Assembly (NCBI GenBank): GCA_028704015.1
Contig: JAQVLT010000002.1
Location: forward strand, 9,499-73,498
Reading direction: 5' to 3'
From: Patescibacteria group bacterium
GTDB lineage: Bacteria; Patescibacteriota; Patescibacteriia; Patescibacteriales; JAQVLT01
Length of the DNA stretch: 64,000 nt
This document shows positions 1-9,228 of this stretch, piece after piece. The notes beneath the pieces are model-generated. The model was given only the letters and a program-made list of their open reading frames with translations. It ran no database searches and had not been told where the DNA came from. Positions within the stretch are counted from its first letter, which is position 1; every line of letters starts with the position of its first letter. The position numbers were made by a program, and so were the translations under genes.

Positions 1-579
1 ATCACCACGGTAACGCATAAACGTTTTTCGTATTTTTCCGAAGAGATATTTTGTGATTTGTTTATTGATAATTTGCGGATTTGTAAACAATTGAAAGATT
101 TTAAATTATATGGATTTATAATCGTTCCCGATCACGCACATTTGTTAATCAAGTCGGGAGAAAAATTTAATATTTCTGAGAAGATGTTTTCAATCAAAAA
201 GCAATTTTCGCATGATGTTAATCGCGTATTGGGTTTTAATGAGCCATATCCTGAAAATGTAAAAATTGAAGGCGGGCAAACGTTTGCCCGCCTTCAATGG
301 GAGAAAATTATTTTTCCACATCAAAAAAGAGTTAATAAATATCGCGAACAATTTATAAACAAATACGGCCACGATCAATTTCAAATCCCACCATTCAAAT
401 GGCAGGAATCGTTCCGTGACCATGTTATCCGTAACGAGAAAGATTTTTTAAATCATCTCAATTATATTTTTAATAATTGTGTCAAACATAATATTTATAA
501 TAATCCGGAAACATATCATTGGTCGTTTTGCAATGAAGAATTTAAGGATTTGATTGATGATTATTTTGGACAAAAATAA
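1..579 (+). CDS. HUH/Y1 IS200-like (RayT-like) transposase-family protein, 5' end outside window
   Basis: Frame is open from nt 1 (ITTVTHKRFSYF...). HUH motif in PDHAHLLIK; Tyr region LNYIFNNC. Paralogue of the 27186 and 62449 genes. Confidence 0.55.
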   Translation: MTTVTHKRFSYFSEEIFCDLFIDNLRICKQLKDFKLYGFIIVPDHAHLLIKSGEKFNISEKMFSIKKQFSHDVNRVLGFNEPYPENVKIEGGQTFARLQWEKIIFPHQKRVNKYREQFINKYGHDQFQIPPFKWQESFRDHVIRNEKDFLNHLNYIFNNCVKHNIYNNPETYHWSFCNEEFKDLIDDYFGQK

Positions 580-759
580 AAATTTAAAATTAAGCAAAAA
601 GCCGATTATATCGCCTTTTTAATGTTGATATTAAAAAAATTGGGAAGTAATCTCTCCTCTACCGGAATTATTCCATTTGTTTTTTTATAAGTAATTAGAT
701 AAACTATACCCAGAAACAGAACTTTGGCAAAAACAATCAGGGGACAGGAGGGTGCGGCC

Positions 760-1029
760 ATGGCGAAAGAAACAGAGGCCAAAGATAATGGGAAAAAAGT
801 CAGAGTCAGAACAGATATTTCACCCGGGGAAGTCAGTTTTACTTTTATTTTCAGGCCGAAGGTCGTGGTGAACGAGCAGGCGTTCAGGGATCTCTACCAG
901 ATGGTCGTTGATGGCTTACTCAAGGTGACCGGTGTTTCGGACACCGCAAAGCTGGCGACCTGGGCCAAGAAACATTTTGGACTCTCTTTTCGCAGGAAGA
1001 AAGAGGGACCGAAAAATATTCCGAGCTGA
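760..1029 (+). CDS. hypothetical small protein (GC-rich island)
   Basis: ATG at 760 preceded by SD ggacaggaggg. The ORF-track start at 724 has no SD. No recognisable motif. Confidence 0.45.
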   Translation: MAKETEAKDNGKKVRVRTDISPGEVSFTFIFRPKVVVNEQAFRDLYQMVVDGLLKVTGVSDTAKLATWAKKHFGLSFRRKKEGPKNIPS

Positions 1030-1154
1030 TTCCGGAAGGAGGGAAAATATAAACAAGTGGTAGGTCGAAGAAGACACTACCTCTTTTTTTATTCAGCACC
1101 ATAAAAATACTGGATGAATTTTGAAAAATATTTTATAATAAAGATATCACAAAT

Positions 1155-1220
1155 CACATAACACACAACACATATCACATAGCAGGCAATTATAGGTTGT
1201 TACATGATATGTGTTATGTG
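1155..1220. repeat. CACATAACACAT-family inverted repeat (family D), gene-less hairpin
   Basis: Left arm cacataacacacaacacatatcacat; right arm acatgatatgtgttatgtg; ~21-nt loop. Lies directly upstream of smc. Confidence 0.6.
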
Positions 1221-1231
1221 TTTATTGAAAA

Positions 1232-3880
1232 ATGTTTTTAGAAAAATTAGAAGTACAAGGGTTTAAATCTTTTGCCAATAAAAATACATTGGTGTTTCCG
1301 GGCATGGTGGACAAAAGCAGGCGCGGCCTTACCGCCGTGGTCGGGCCGAACGGTTCGGGCAAATCCAACGTGGCTGATTCCATCCGCTGGGCGCTCGGAG
1401 AGCAGTCTATGAAAACTCTCAGGGGAAAAAAAGGCGAAGACGTAATTTTTTCCGGATCGGACAAGAAAGGCAAACTCGGCATGGCGGAGGTTTCTTTGTT
1501 TTTGAATAACGCGGATCGCAAGGCGGCGATTGATTATTCGGAAGTAGTTCTGACTCGCCGTCTTTTTCGGAGCGGCGAAAGCGAATACTTAATTAATAAT
1601 TCACGCGCCCGGCTCTATGACGTGCAAATGCTTCTCGCCAAAGCGAATTTTGGCCAGCGAACGTATAGCGTCATCGGACAGGGAATGGTGGAGGGATTTT
1701 TAAACACTTCGCTTGCAGAACGCAAGGAATTTTTTGACGAAGCTACGGGTGTCAAGCAATTTCAAATCAAGCGCGATGAAGCACTCAATAAGTTAAAAAA
1801 CAGTTACGAAAATTTGAGCCAGGCGGAAATGCTTATTTCGGAAATTGAGCCGCGCGTTCAGAGTTTGACGCGCCAAGTGAATAAGCTGAAAAGGCGCGGC
1901 GAGATTGAAACCGAACTCAAAGAATTGCAGATTCAATATTACAGTAAAATTTGGCATGAGATTTTTACCAAATTTTCCGAGCATAATAATCAATATTTGG
2001 AATTGGAAAAAAATAAAATAGAAAAAGCGAAAAAATTGGAACAACTGCAACGCGAACTGGAAAAAATGGAAGCACAAAAAGGCGCGGGCGAGGAATTTGT
2101 TAATTATCAAAAAGAATTAAATAATCTGCAAATCTCCAAAGATTCTTTGGTAAAGCAGATTGCCAAGATTGATGCGCAAATTGAAATGAATCTGGAATCG
2201 CAAGGCAAGTTTGATGTTTCGTGGCTCCTCGCAAAAAAGAACGAACTGGAAGCAGCTATCAAGCGCGCCCAAGAAGAATTGTCTCTGATTTCCGGAAATG
2301 AAAAAGAAGAGAACGAATTAAAAAATCTGGAAAGCGAACGAAAAAATATTGTTGAAAAAATAAAAAATTTAAATGAAAAAGTTTTAAAATTATCGAGCGC
2401 GAAAAGCGGCACAGGCGAACAGCAAACTTTGAACACACGGCTGGAAGATTTGGCGGAACGTTTAAAAAATTTGGAAGGCGAAGAAGATGCGGCGGTAGTT
2501 AGAAAAATAGTTCGGGAAATCAGAGAAGAAATCGTAAAATTGGTTAAGCTGGTTAAAAAAGAAGACGAAAAATTGGAACTGGAAAAAGCGCATCGCGAGT
2601 TAATGAATTTAGGCGAAGAGCGCGAAAAAATATCTTTTAAAATTAATGAATTAAGTTTGAAAATAAATTCCGCGAAAGAAAAAGAGCGGCTATTTTCGGG
2701 CGAATTGGCGAAATTAAAAGTAGAACTGACCGGCATTGAGCAGAAATTAAAAGAGCAAAAGACCGAAGTAAAGACAGGCGATCTGGACGCGGAGAAAAAT
2801 AAGTTAAAAAAAGACTTAGAAAAGATAGAGGCGGAAATGGCGCGCGTCAAGGGTGATGCCGGAGAGATTTCACGGCTGGAAGAAGAGAAGCGAAACAAAC
2901 TATTTGGTTTACAGAAAAATTTGCAGACTCTGCAAAATGAAGTAAATGAATTGTCCAATCGTCTAAATGAAATAAAAATAAATTCTACGCGGTTTGAAAC
3001 TCGTCTGGAAGATTTGGAAACGGAAATCCGGCAGAATCTCGGCGGACTCAAAGAAGTTAAAGAGCGCAAAGTTGAAGGCGAGATTGATATTGAGGCGGCG
3101 TTAGCTAAAATTAATCAGCTCAAGCATCAGCTTGAACAGATCGGTGGTATTGATCCGGAAATTGAAAAAGAATATATTGAGACAAAAGAGCGCTATGATT
3201 TTCTCTCCGGGCAAGTTAATGATTTGAACGGCGCAATCGGTTCTTTGGAAGAAATTATTAAAGAATTGGACGCGGTAATCAAAGAAAGATTTGATAAAGA
3301 GTTTAAAATAATTTCCGAGAAGTTTGAGGAATATTTTAAAATTTTGTTTAATGGCGGAAACGCGAAGATTGTGAAAGTAATGGACGAGCCGACAGTTGAC
3401 AAGGGACAATTGACAGTTGACCTTGAAAATTCAGAAGAGGGCGAATCCTCTTCCGCTAAGGCTACGGAGGACAAGAGCGCGGTTGATTTGAAGCGGATAA
3501 AATATTTGCAGAAGTATAATGCAACCGGTTTGGCGGGTATTGAGATTCAGGCGACGCCTCCGGGAAAAAAGATTAAGTCAATTTCCATGCTTTCGGGCGG
3601 CGAACGCGCTCTCACCGCGATCGGTTTGATCTGCGCGATTATCAGCGCCAATCCTTCGCCATTTGTGGTGTTGGATGAAGTTGATGCCGCGCTGGACGAA
3701 GCGAATTCGGAACGGCTCGCGAAAATTCTTGACGACCTTTCTAATAAAACACAGTTTATCGTCATTACTCACAACCGCGCCGCCATGCGCCGCGCCAATG
3801 TTCTCTACGGTGTGACTATGGGAGACGATGGGGTGTCAAAGTTGCTTAGCGTAAAGTTGGATGATGCCATGGTAAAATAA
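1232..3880 (+). CDS. smc: SMC-family chromosome segregation ATPase, short, no recognisable hinge
   Basis: Walker A GPNGSGKSN; signature LSGGE; Walker B VLDEVDAALD. About 440 aa of K/E-rich coiled coil lies between the head halves. Confidence 0.85.
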   Translation: MFLEKLEVQGFKSFANKNTLVFPGMVDKSRRGLTAVVGPNGSGKSNVADSIRWALGEQSMKTLRGKKGEDVIFSGSDKKGKLGMAEVSLFLNNADRKAAIDYSEVVLTRRLFRSGESEYLINNSRARLYDVQMLLAKANFGQRTYSVIGQGMVEGFLNTSLAERKEFFDEATGVKQFQIKRDEALNKLKNSYENLSQAEMLISEIEPRVQSLTRQVNKLKRRGEIETELKELQIQYYSKIWHEIFTKFSEHNNQYLELEKNKIEKAKKLEQLQRELEKMEAQKGAGEEFVNYQKELNNLQISKDSLVKQIAKIDAQIEMNLESQGKFDVSWLLAKKNELEAAIKRAQEELSLISGNEKEENELKNLESERKNIVEKIKNLNEKVLKLSSAKSGTGEQQTLNTRLEDLAERLKNLEGEEDAAVVRKIVREIREEIVKLVKLVKKEDEKLELEKAHRELMNLGEEREKISFKINELSLKINSAKEKERLFSGELAKLKVELTGIEQKLKEQKTEVKTGDLDAEKNKLKKDLEKIEAEMARVKGDAGEISRLEEEKRNKLFGLQKNLQTLQNEVNELSNRLNEIKINSTRFETRLEDLETEIRQNLGGLKEVKERKVEGEIDIEAALAKINQLKHQLEQIGGIDPEIEKEYIETKERYDFLSGQVNDLNGAIGSLEEIIKELDAVIKERFDKEFKIISEKFEEYFKILFNGGNAKIVKVMDEPTVDKGQLTVDLENSEEGESSSAKATEDKSAVDLKRIKYLQKYNATGLAGIEIQATPPGKKIKSISMLSGGERALTAIGLICAIISANPSPFVVLDEVDAALDEANSERLAKILDDLSNKTQFIVITHNRAAMRRANVLYGVTMGDDGVSKLLSVKLDDAMVK

Positions 3881-3915
3881 AAATTTAAAAAAATAAAAAT
3901 CAAGGCAAGATATTT

Positions 3916-3947
3916 ATGAAGGCGACATTTACAAATGTCGCCTTCAT
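3916..3947. terminator. bidirectional hairpin between convergent smc and the 673-aa gene
   Basis: Perfect 15-bp arms atgaaggcgacattt / aaatgtcgccttcat, followed by tttta. Confidence 0.55.
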
Positions 3948-3961
3948 TTTATTAATAATGT

Positions 3962-5983
3962 TTATTGAGTTTTTTCCAAAACTAAATATCTAATATCCCC
4001 TTTTTCTTTTACATCCTGAAAATATCGAGTGAGGACATATTTTTTTTCGCCTAATAATTTTTGCATGGCTTCGTGATATTCTTGAAATTCTTCTGGATTT
4101 TTAAAATTGTATTTTAAAATAATAGTTTCTTGGCCTGTTTGATAATCATTATTTTGCCACTGGCTGATTATATCTTTTGGAGAATTTAACATTTTGCCTT
4201 CTTCGTTTGCTCGGCGATATTCAAAACGAGAATTTTTTTCTTCATCAATTTCAATTTCTATGAGTGGTTCGCCGGTTTGGTGGTAGTTTGGGATATAACC
4301 GGTGCCGACAAAGCCGGTTTTTTCAATGTAGCAGGTTCCTATCCGGATGCGCGGTGAAACAGTCGCGCGAATATTTTTTTCTTTGACTTTTTCTTTGACA
4401 ATTTCCAAAAGCGTTTGTTCGGCGATTTTTAAACCGTGCAAGTCTTTAAAAATATTAAATGAGCCGAAAATAACATTATTATCGTCAATTTTCTCAAATC
4501 GTAAAAAGCCGATGATTTCATCTTTGTATTTTAAAATGACAAATTCCTGTTCTTTTTCTTTGCTTTTTAGGTCTTTTTCCAATCCTTCAACTACGGTTGA
4601 TTGCATGGCGGGAATTTGGCGCCAGTTAGTTTGCGCCATTATTAAAATATTTTTAATTTCGGCGTCTGCTAAATTATTTTTTATTTCCAAATTAAAATCT
4701 TCCAGTTTTTTTAAATTAATTTGTTGTTTCTCTGTTTTCGCGGCTTTAAGAACGGAAGCCAGAAGAGTTATTTTAATTTTACTGTTTTCCAAATCTTCAA
4801 GCAGTTGGTTTATTTTTTCTTCTTTTTCTTCTTCTCCTCCAAGTTCGTCGGCAAATTTAATTATAATTTCTCGGGCTTTTTTTAGCATTTCCGTTCTAAT
4901 TGAAAATATATTTATTTTTTGTTCTTCGGCAATATCGCTCAGCTCATCGGTTTGCCCGTCGGCATAATTAATAATTTCAGCGATTTTGGAAAAACATTTC
5001 ATCGCGTCATCCGGTTCAAGGTTCCGGTTGATTGCCAAGATTTTTTCACCGGCGTTTTTGTCAATTTCTAGAGAGAGAAAAGATAATATTCTATTTCTTG
5101 CGTCTTCCGGATTAGCGGCGTTTTGGAAAAATTTTTCTATTTCAGCAAAATCTTTATTTTTTCTAGTGCGTAAAAATTGCAATAATTGAAATTGCACGGC
5201 CGGCGAATAATCGCCAAGTTCAATATTAAAAAATTTATTCAAAACAGCGCGAAAGGGCAAAGAGAAAAGCTTTTTTAAAACCGCTTGCTCTTCCTTGCTC
5301 TCAAAAGGATGCTTTAAGATTGCCTCCAAATCATTAACTTCATCTCTATACTCATCCAAAGCTCCCAAAGATTCCCCGTCCTCCGCAGAATAAATTCCTA
5401 GAATTTTTGGGGCAATCTTGGCGTGGAGATCTTCATCTTCCGGCTCATAGTAGTCTTTGGTTATTGATTCAATGTATGAATCCTCTTCTTCCGGACTAAT
5501 GTAGTATTGAAGCGGCACTGGCATGGATTCGCGAAAAAAGTAATTGCGGCCGGCGCGAGATATGGATTCACAAATCAAAGTTCTCAGAAAAATGGTTGTT
5601 TCCGGATCTTCTCCGATATTTTCCAATTTTTTTAACAGCTCGTATGATTCTTCTTCTCGCGATTCTTCAAAAAGATCAGTGGAAATTTCCACCAGAAGAT
5701 TCAAAGCCGCTATTTTTTTAGCTTCATTAATATGGTTATCGGCTATGTCGGAAAATAGATTTTGCATCAGTTCTTTATTTTGAAACATTTCATAATATTC
5801 CGTTTCGCCGCCAAAAAATTCTCTCAGAACTTCATGCGCTTCTTCAGCTTCTCGCATGTTAATAATTTTCCCTTCTTCGGCAATTAATTTTTTATATAGC
5901 AAATCAAGCATCTGTCTGGCGTTTAATGCTTGCTCTCTTTTATTTTGATTTATCCCTTGGTTTAGATTTAGCGGTTTTTCCAT
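3962..5983 (-). CDS. hypothetical acidic protein, possible C-terminal GNAT-like fold
   Basis: Long ORF of 673 aa. The C-terminal segment FVILKYKDEIIGFLRFEK...GLKIAEQTLLEIV resembles an acetyltransferase core; the similarity is weak. Confidence 0.55.
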   Translation of the reverse strand: MEKPLNLNQGINQNKREQALNARQMLDLLYKKLIAEEGKIINMREAEEAHEVLREFFGGETEYYEMFQNKELMQNLFSDIADNHINEAKKIAALNLLVEISTDLFEESREEESYELLKKLENIGEDPETTIFLRTLICESISRAGRNYFFRESMPVPLQYYISPEEEDSYIESITKDYYEPEDEDLHAKIAPKILGIYSAEDGESLGALDEYRDEVNDLEAILKHPFESKEEQAVLKKLFSLPFRAVLNKFFNIELGDYSPAVQFQLLQFLRTRKNKDFAEIEKFFQNAANPEDARNRILSFLSLEIDKNAGEKILAINRNLEPDDAMKCFSKIAEIINYADGQTDELSDIAEEQKINIFSIRTEMLKKAREIIIKFADELGGEEEKEEKINQLLEDLENSKIKITLLASVLKAAKTEKQQINLKKLEDFNLEIKNNLADAEIKNILIMAQTNWRQIPAMQSTVVEGLEKDLKSKEKEQEFVILKYKDEIIGFLRFEKIDDNNVIFGSFNIFKDLHGLKIAEQTLLEIVKEKVKEKNIRATVSPRIRIGTCYIEKTGFVGTGYIPNYHQTGEPLIEIEIDEEKNSRFEYRRANEEGKMLNSPKDIISQWQNNDYQTGQETIILKYNFKNPEEFQEYHEAMQKLLGEKKYVLTRYFQDVKEKGDIRYLVLEKTQ

Positions 5984-6036
5984 GTTTTTATTTTAGCATT
6001 AAGTAAAAAGTAAATAAATATCGGCAAAATAAAAAG

Positions 6037-6069
6037 GGGCGCCAGCTCCGTAGTTTGGAACTGGCGCCC
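6037..6069 (-). terminator. rho-independent terminator of the 406-aa gene
   Basis: gggcgccag / ctggcgccc stem, with a T-run on the minus strand (aaaaa at 6031-6035 on plus). Confidence 0.6.
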
Positions 6070-6078
6070 AGTGGTTTT

Positions 6079-7299
6079 TCATTTGGACAAGAGACACATG
6101 GACGCAAAGTTTGCGTCCTGAAACGCTTTTTCATCCCTACCAACTTCCCCTGAAAGTTGGTAGTCAAGAGCATCTTCCAGATATCGTCTATTTTCTGGAG
6201 AAACGCTCTTCCTCAAAGTCGCCAACCGCTGAAGCGGCTGGCGCACCAAACTCACGAACTCATCGCGTGCCAAAAGCGGCGCCGCGATGAACTCCAGAAA
6301 CATCCGCTCCAACTCAAGAAGGCTGGAGGGCTGAAATTCCCAACACCCCCCGCCCTCTTGACGGATTTTTGCTAAATCCGCCTTCTCGCAGGCCTGAGTC
6401 ACTTCTTCTCTTGCCTGTGACAAGAGAAGTTTGTTTTCCTTGGCCAGTTTCATAATCCTACTGGCCACATAGACTGAAGTGGCTCTGAAAATATCCACTT
6501 CATCCCAATCCTGGGATGTTTCGTATTCCTCCTCCCAGGATTCTTTATCATCCTGGTTAGCAGCAAACTCCTTGGCCGCTTCCAGAAAAATTTCCGCTGC
6601 GATTAAAGCAGCGTCTATATTTTCCACTGCCTCAGCCACAAACATCTCGTGGCTGGTTTCTTTGCGAGGATAAACTTTAACCTCGCTAACATTCAGTGCC
6701 CACCATCCCGCCGAATGGTAGGCTAATTGTGAGCCGTTCACCTGACGAAAGTCCGCCAGGTGAGAGCAAATTGCCCGATATGTGATGCAAGCCTTGCGCC
6801 ACGTATCAAAAATTTCCTCAAAATCCTTTTGGTGGCAAACATGTGCCACCCTTTCCGCCCTTTCCAGCTCGCGGCAAAAAGCACTCACCGCGTCTTTCAA
6901 GGGCTCCCCGGATTTTTGAGGAGGGATTTCCCCCTCCAAATTAAAATATTCGGGATTCTCCCTCATTTTTTTTATTGCCCTGATCAACCAAATTGACAGG
7001 GCAAAAGAAGGGGTTCCGATGTGATATCCATCGGTACCAACTGAAATTCCGATATATCCCCCGAAGGATTTACCCTCAAGAGGAATAACCTCGCCCGACT
7101 CCCTCTGTCGAAAAATCGGCTTATTGAGAGTGGCAGGGGTCGGGAAATGGTTCCAGTAAACATAGAAAGTTCCCATTTCTGGGAAATTCCATACCTCGAA
7201 ATCCCTATCGCCATTATGAAGCCGATCGTCATGATAAAGCTCGGCCTCTTTAAAAGATAAAAAAATTTTTATCCCGTTTCCATCTTCTTTTATTCTCAT
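6079..7299 (-). CDS. hypothetical protein (GC-rich island), 406 aa
   Basis: Long ORF with SD ggagaggag 7 nt before the ATG. No motif recognised. Confidence 0.6.
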   Translation of the reverse strand: MRIKEDGNGIKIFLSFKEAELYHDDRLHNGDRDFEVWNFPEMGTFYVYWNHFPTPATLNKPIFRQRESGEVIPLEGKSFGGYIGISVGTDGYHIGTPSFALSIWLIRAIKKMRENPEYFNLEGEIPPQKSGEPLKDAVSAFCRELERAERVAHVCHQKDFEEIFDTWRKACITYRAICSHLADFRQVNGSQLAYHSAGWWALNVSEVKVYPRKETSHEMFVAEAVENIDAALIAAEIFLEAAKEFAANQDDKESWEEEYETSQDWDEVDIFRATSVYVASRIMKLAKENKLLLSQAREEVTQACEKADLAKIRQEGGGCWEFQPSSLLELERMFLEFIAAPLLARDEFVSLVRQPLQRLATLRKSVSPENRRYLEDALDYQLSGEVGRDEKAFQDANFASMCLLSK

Positions 7300-7356
7300 T
7301 TTTTTCTCCTCTCCCCGCCTTCGCCCGCGGGGTGGGCCATGAAATTTTAAAAGTTC
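7300..7356 (-). promoter_or_regulatory. conserved 5' leader, copy 1 (hairpin next to the SD)
   Basis: Sense strand reads ttttaaaatttcatGGCCCACCCCGCGGGCGAAGGCGGGGAGAGGAGaaaaaaATG. Near-identical to the leader at 7959-8015. Confidence 0.5.
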
Positions 7357-7406
7357 TCAACTCTTTGAGCCGGCCAACCGAAATGGTTGATAAGCTCGAA
7401 AAGTTG

Positions 7407-7449
7407 GGGGGACGAATTGGAAGTTGGTATCTTCTCAAATTCGTCCCCC
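7407..7449 (-). terminator. possible terminator hairpin after the 162-aa gene
   Basis: 12-bp arms gggggacgaatt / aattcgtccccc. Only a weak T tract follows on the minus strand. Confidence 0.35.
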
Positions 7450-7472
7450 TGTTTATGGTTCCTGGAGAGAGT

Positions 7473-7958
7473 TCACTCCTCCAGGAGGGGCAAGTCGCCC
7501 CTTGAGCTTTCAACCTCGAACTGGTTGAAAGCTCCGTAATGAAGTTTCAGCCCCAAAGGACCAATCGGGGCAAAAACTTCGATGTCAATCCGGGACAGGT
7601 CAGAAATCAGCTTGTCCTCTCCCTGGAAAATCGGGGTGAACCTGCAAAGCAGGCACCCCTTCTGGAAACTTCCCCGGTAGCCCTTGAAGGTCACCGAGCC
7701 GGGTGTGAATTCATACACCCCCTTTTTGGAGGCCGTGGTATAGCGCACCAGGGCCTCTCCGATTTCAATCTCGGCGTTGCCTTCCCATGATGGAAGGTCG
7801 CCGATGGAGCAACCTTTATAAGGCCACCCCTCAAGGCCAGTCACGCTACGCTGACCGGTCCAGAGTTCGGCGGCAAACTTCGCCGCCGCAAACAGCTTTT
7901 CCGTTTTTTGGAAATCCAGAGCCAAACGCTCCGGAGAAGAAAGAAGGGTCACTTTCAT
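7473..7958 (-). CDS. hypothetical protein (GC-rich island), 161 aa
   Basis: Start moved to the ATG at 7958 (MKVTLLSS...), which follows SD ggaaggag. No motif recognised. Confidence 0.55.
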   Translation of the reverse strand: MKVTLLSSPERLALDFQKTEKLFAAAKFAAELWTGQRSVTGLEGWPYKGCSIGDLPSWEGNAEIEIGEALVRYTTASKKGVYEFTPGSVTFKGYRGSFQKGCLLCRFTPIFQGEDKLISDLSRIDIEVFAPIGPLGLKLHYGAFNQFEVESSRGDLPLLEE

Positions 7959-8015
7959 ATTTTCTCCTTCCCCGCCTTCGCCCGCAGGGTGGGCCAAATA
8001 TTTTTAAAAAGAACT
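7959..8015 (-). promoter_or_regulatory. conserved 5' leader, copy 2
   Basis: Sense strand reads ttttaaaaatatttGGCCCACCCTGCGGGCGAAGGCGGGGAAGGAGaaaatATG. The 29-nt core differs from copy 1 at one position, C to T, which keeps a G-U pair. Confidence 0.5.
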
Positions 8016-8161
8016 TTTTTGACAGTTAAACTTTTTTATTGTTTAACAAAATAGTATAACATAGAATAATAATATTGTCAATTATAATATAACAAAAATA
8101 GGCATTATATTTAAATAAGCTTGATAAAATTATAAATTATTCAATATATTATTATAAATAA

Positions 8162-8203
8162 TTGTCAAAAATAATTTGACAAAATATGGAGATGTGATAT
8201 AAT
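8162..8203 (+). promoter_or_regulatory. sigma70-type promoter with an overlapping inverted repeat (candidate operator)
   Basis: TTGACA 8176-8181, 16-nt spacer, TATAAT 8198-8203. The inverted repeat ttgtcaaa (8162-8169) / tttgacaa (8175-8182) overlaps the -35 box. Confidence 0.5.
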
Positions 8204-8249
8204 CAATAATAGCTTAAAGCTTTTAGCTGTTAGCTTTTAGAAATAATAA

Positions 8250-8284
8250 CCTCACCCTATCCCTCTCCTTTGCAAGGAGAGGGG
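8250..8284. repeat. CCCTCTCC/GGAGAGGG hairpin (family C)
   Basis: cctcaccc tat ccctctcc tttgcaa ggagagggg. The 3' arm sits 9 nt before the ATG at 8293 and looks like an SD. Confidence 0.6.
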
Positions 8285-8292
8285 ACGAAAAT

Positions 8293-9075
8293 ATGTATCA
8301 ACAATTACTCACAAATTCAGGTTTGGATAATAACCAGGCGGAGGTGCTGGAGTTTTTACTTATAAATGGTGAGCAGAAAGCCGGTGATATTTCAAAAAAT
8401 ACCAAGCTGGGGCGCGGCTTGGTTTATAAGGCCTTAGTTGAGCTAGAAAACATGAAGTTAATTGTTAAGAAAGAAAAAGATGGCGCTGTCGCCGTGTTTC
8501 TCGCCGAGCACCCGATTAATATTAAGAAAGTTTTAGAAAGTAAAGAAAAGCAAGCCGAGGAAAAGAAAAACGAAATAGTTAAACAACGCGAACTTCTGGA
8601 ACGCAGTCTACCGGATTTGGTCTCGGTTTATAATCTGAGCCATCATAAGCCGGGTGTCAGGTATTATGAAGGCGATGAAGGAATTCGCGAGGTGCTATAT
8701 GATACTTTGAATTCCAAAACAGAAATTTATACTTTTATTGATGTGGAGGCGGTGGAGAAAAATTTAAAAGAAATAAATTCCGAATACGCCAAGAAACGCG
8801 AGAAGCTTGGCGTTAAGAAAAAAATTATTGTAGCCGACACTGATGAAAATCGTAAGTTTTTTATGAATTATAACAAAACCATTACCGAGATTAGATATCT
8901 GAAAAAAGAGTTTTATCCTTTTGCGTCCGGCCTCCAAATTTATAATGGAAAAATTTCTTATCAGACTTTAAGTCAAAATCACAAAATCGCCGTATTAATT
9001 GAAGATCGGAATATTTACGAGATGCAGAAATTGTTTTTTGAATATATTTGGGAGAGTCTGGAAAAGTATTATTAG
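8293..9075 (+). CDS. TrmB-family transcriptional regulator
   Basis: N-terminal winged HTH (LDNNQAEVLEFLLINGEQKAGDISKNTKLGRGLVYKALVELENMKLI) plus a C-terminal TrmB-like domain. Confidence 0.65.
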   Translation: MYQQLLTNSGLDNNQAEVLEFLLINGEQKAGDISKNTKLGRGLVYKALVELENMKLIVKKEKDGAVAVFLAEHPINIKKVLESKEKQAEEKKNEIVKQRELLERSLPDLVSVYNLSHHKPGVRYYEGDEGIREVLYDTLNSKTEIYTFIDVEAVEKNLKEINSEYAKKREKLGVKKKIIVADTDENRKFFMNYNKTITEIRYLKKEFYPFASGLQIYNGKISYQTLSQNHKIAVLIEDRNIYEMQKLFFEYIWESLEKYY

Positions 9076-9172
9076 AAATTTATCCTGTCTCGTTTCTTCA
9101 CGAGGAGCGAGACGCTACGCAAAATTTCCCTATCTCCCACCAAGGGTGGGTAGGCAAGAGAGGATTTGTTTG

Positions 9173-9201
9173 TTGACAACTTTCTAAAATTGGTATATAA
9201 T
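9173..9201 (+). promoter_or_regulatory. consensus sigma70-type promoter
   Basis: TTGACA 9173-9178, 17-nt spacer, TATAAT 9196-9201, 27 nt before the ATG at 9229. Confidence 0.6.
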
Positions 9202-9228
9202 AAAGCTGTAAACTATTATTTAGATTTT

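Noticed and set aside
2107-3069. A 320-aa minus-strand ORF inside smc, and a 206-aa plus-strand ORF (4347-4967) inside the 673-aa gene.
   Set aside because: These are Ser/Phe-rich mirror translations of Lys/Glu-rich coiled-coil coding sequence. They are classic shadow ORFs.
9166-9228. N-terminal extensions given in the ORF track. The starts concerned are 9166, 724, 7997, 11520, 32364, 36771, 38216, 39108, 41576, 46314, 48654, 50751, 52373, 55273 and 56193.
   Set aside because: The upstream parts run through promoters, repeats or the preceding gene. Internal starts give canonical N-termini (for example [10 protein letters not shown] for IF-2 and MRIEQVNSLL for RbfA) or sit behind an SD. The upstream residues are repeat-derived or low-complexity.
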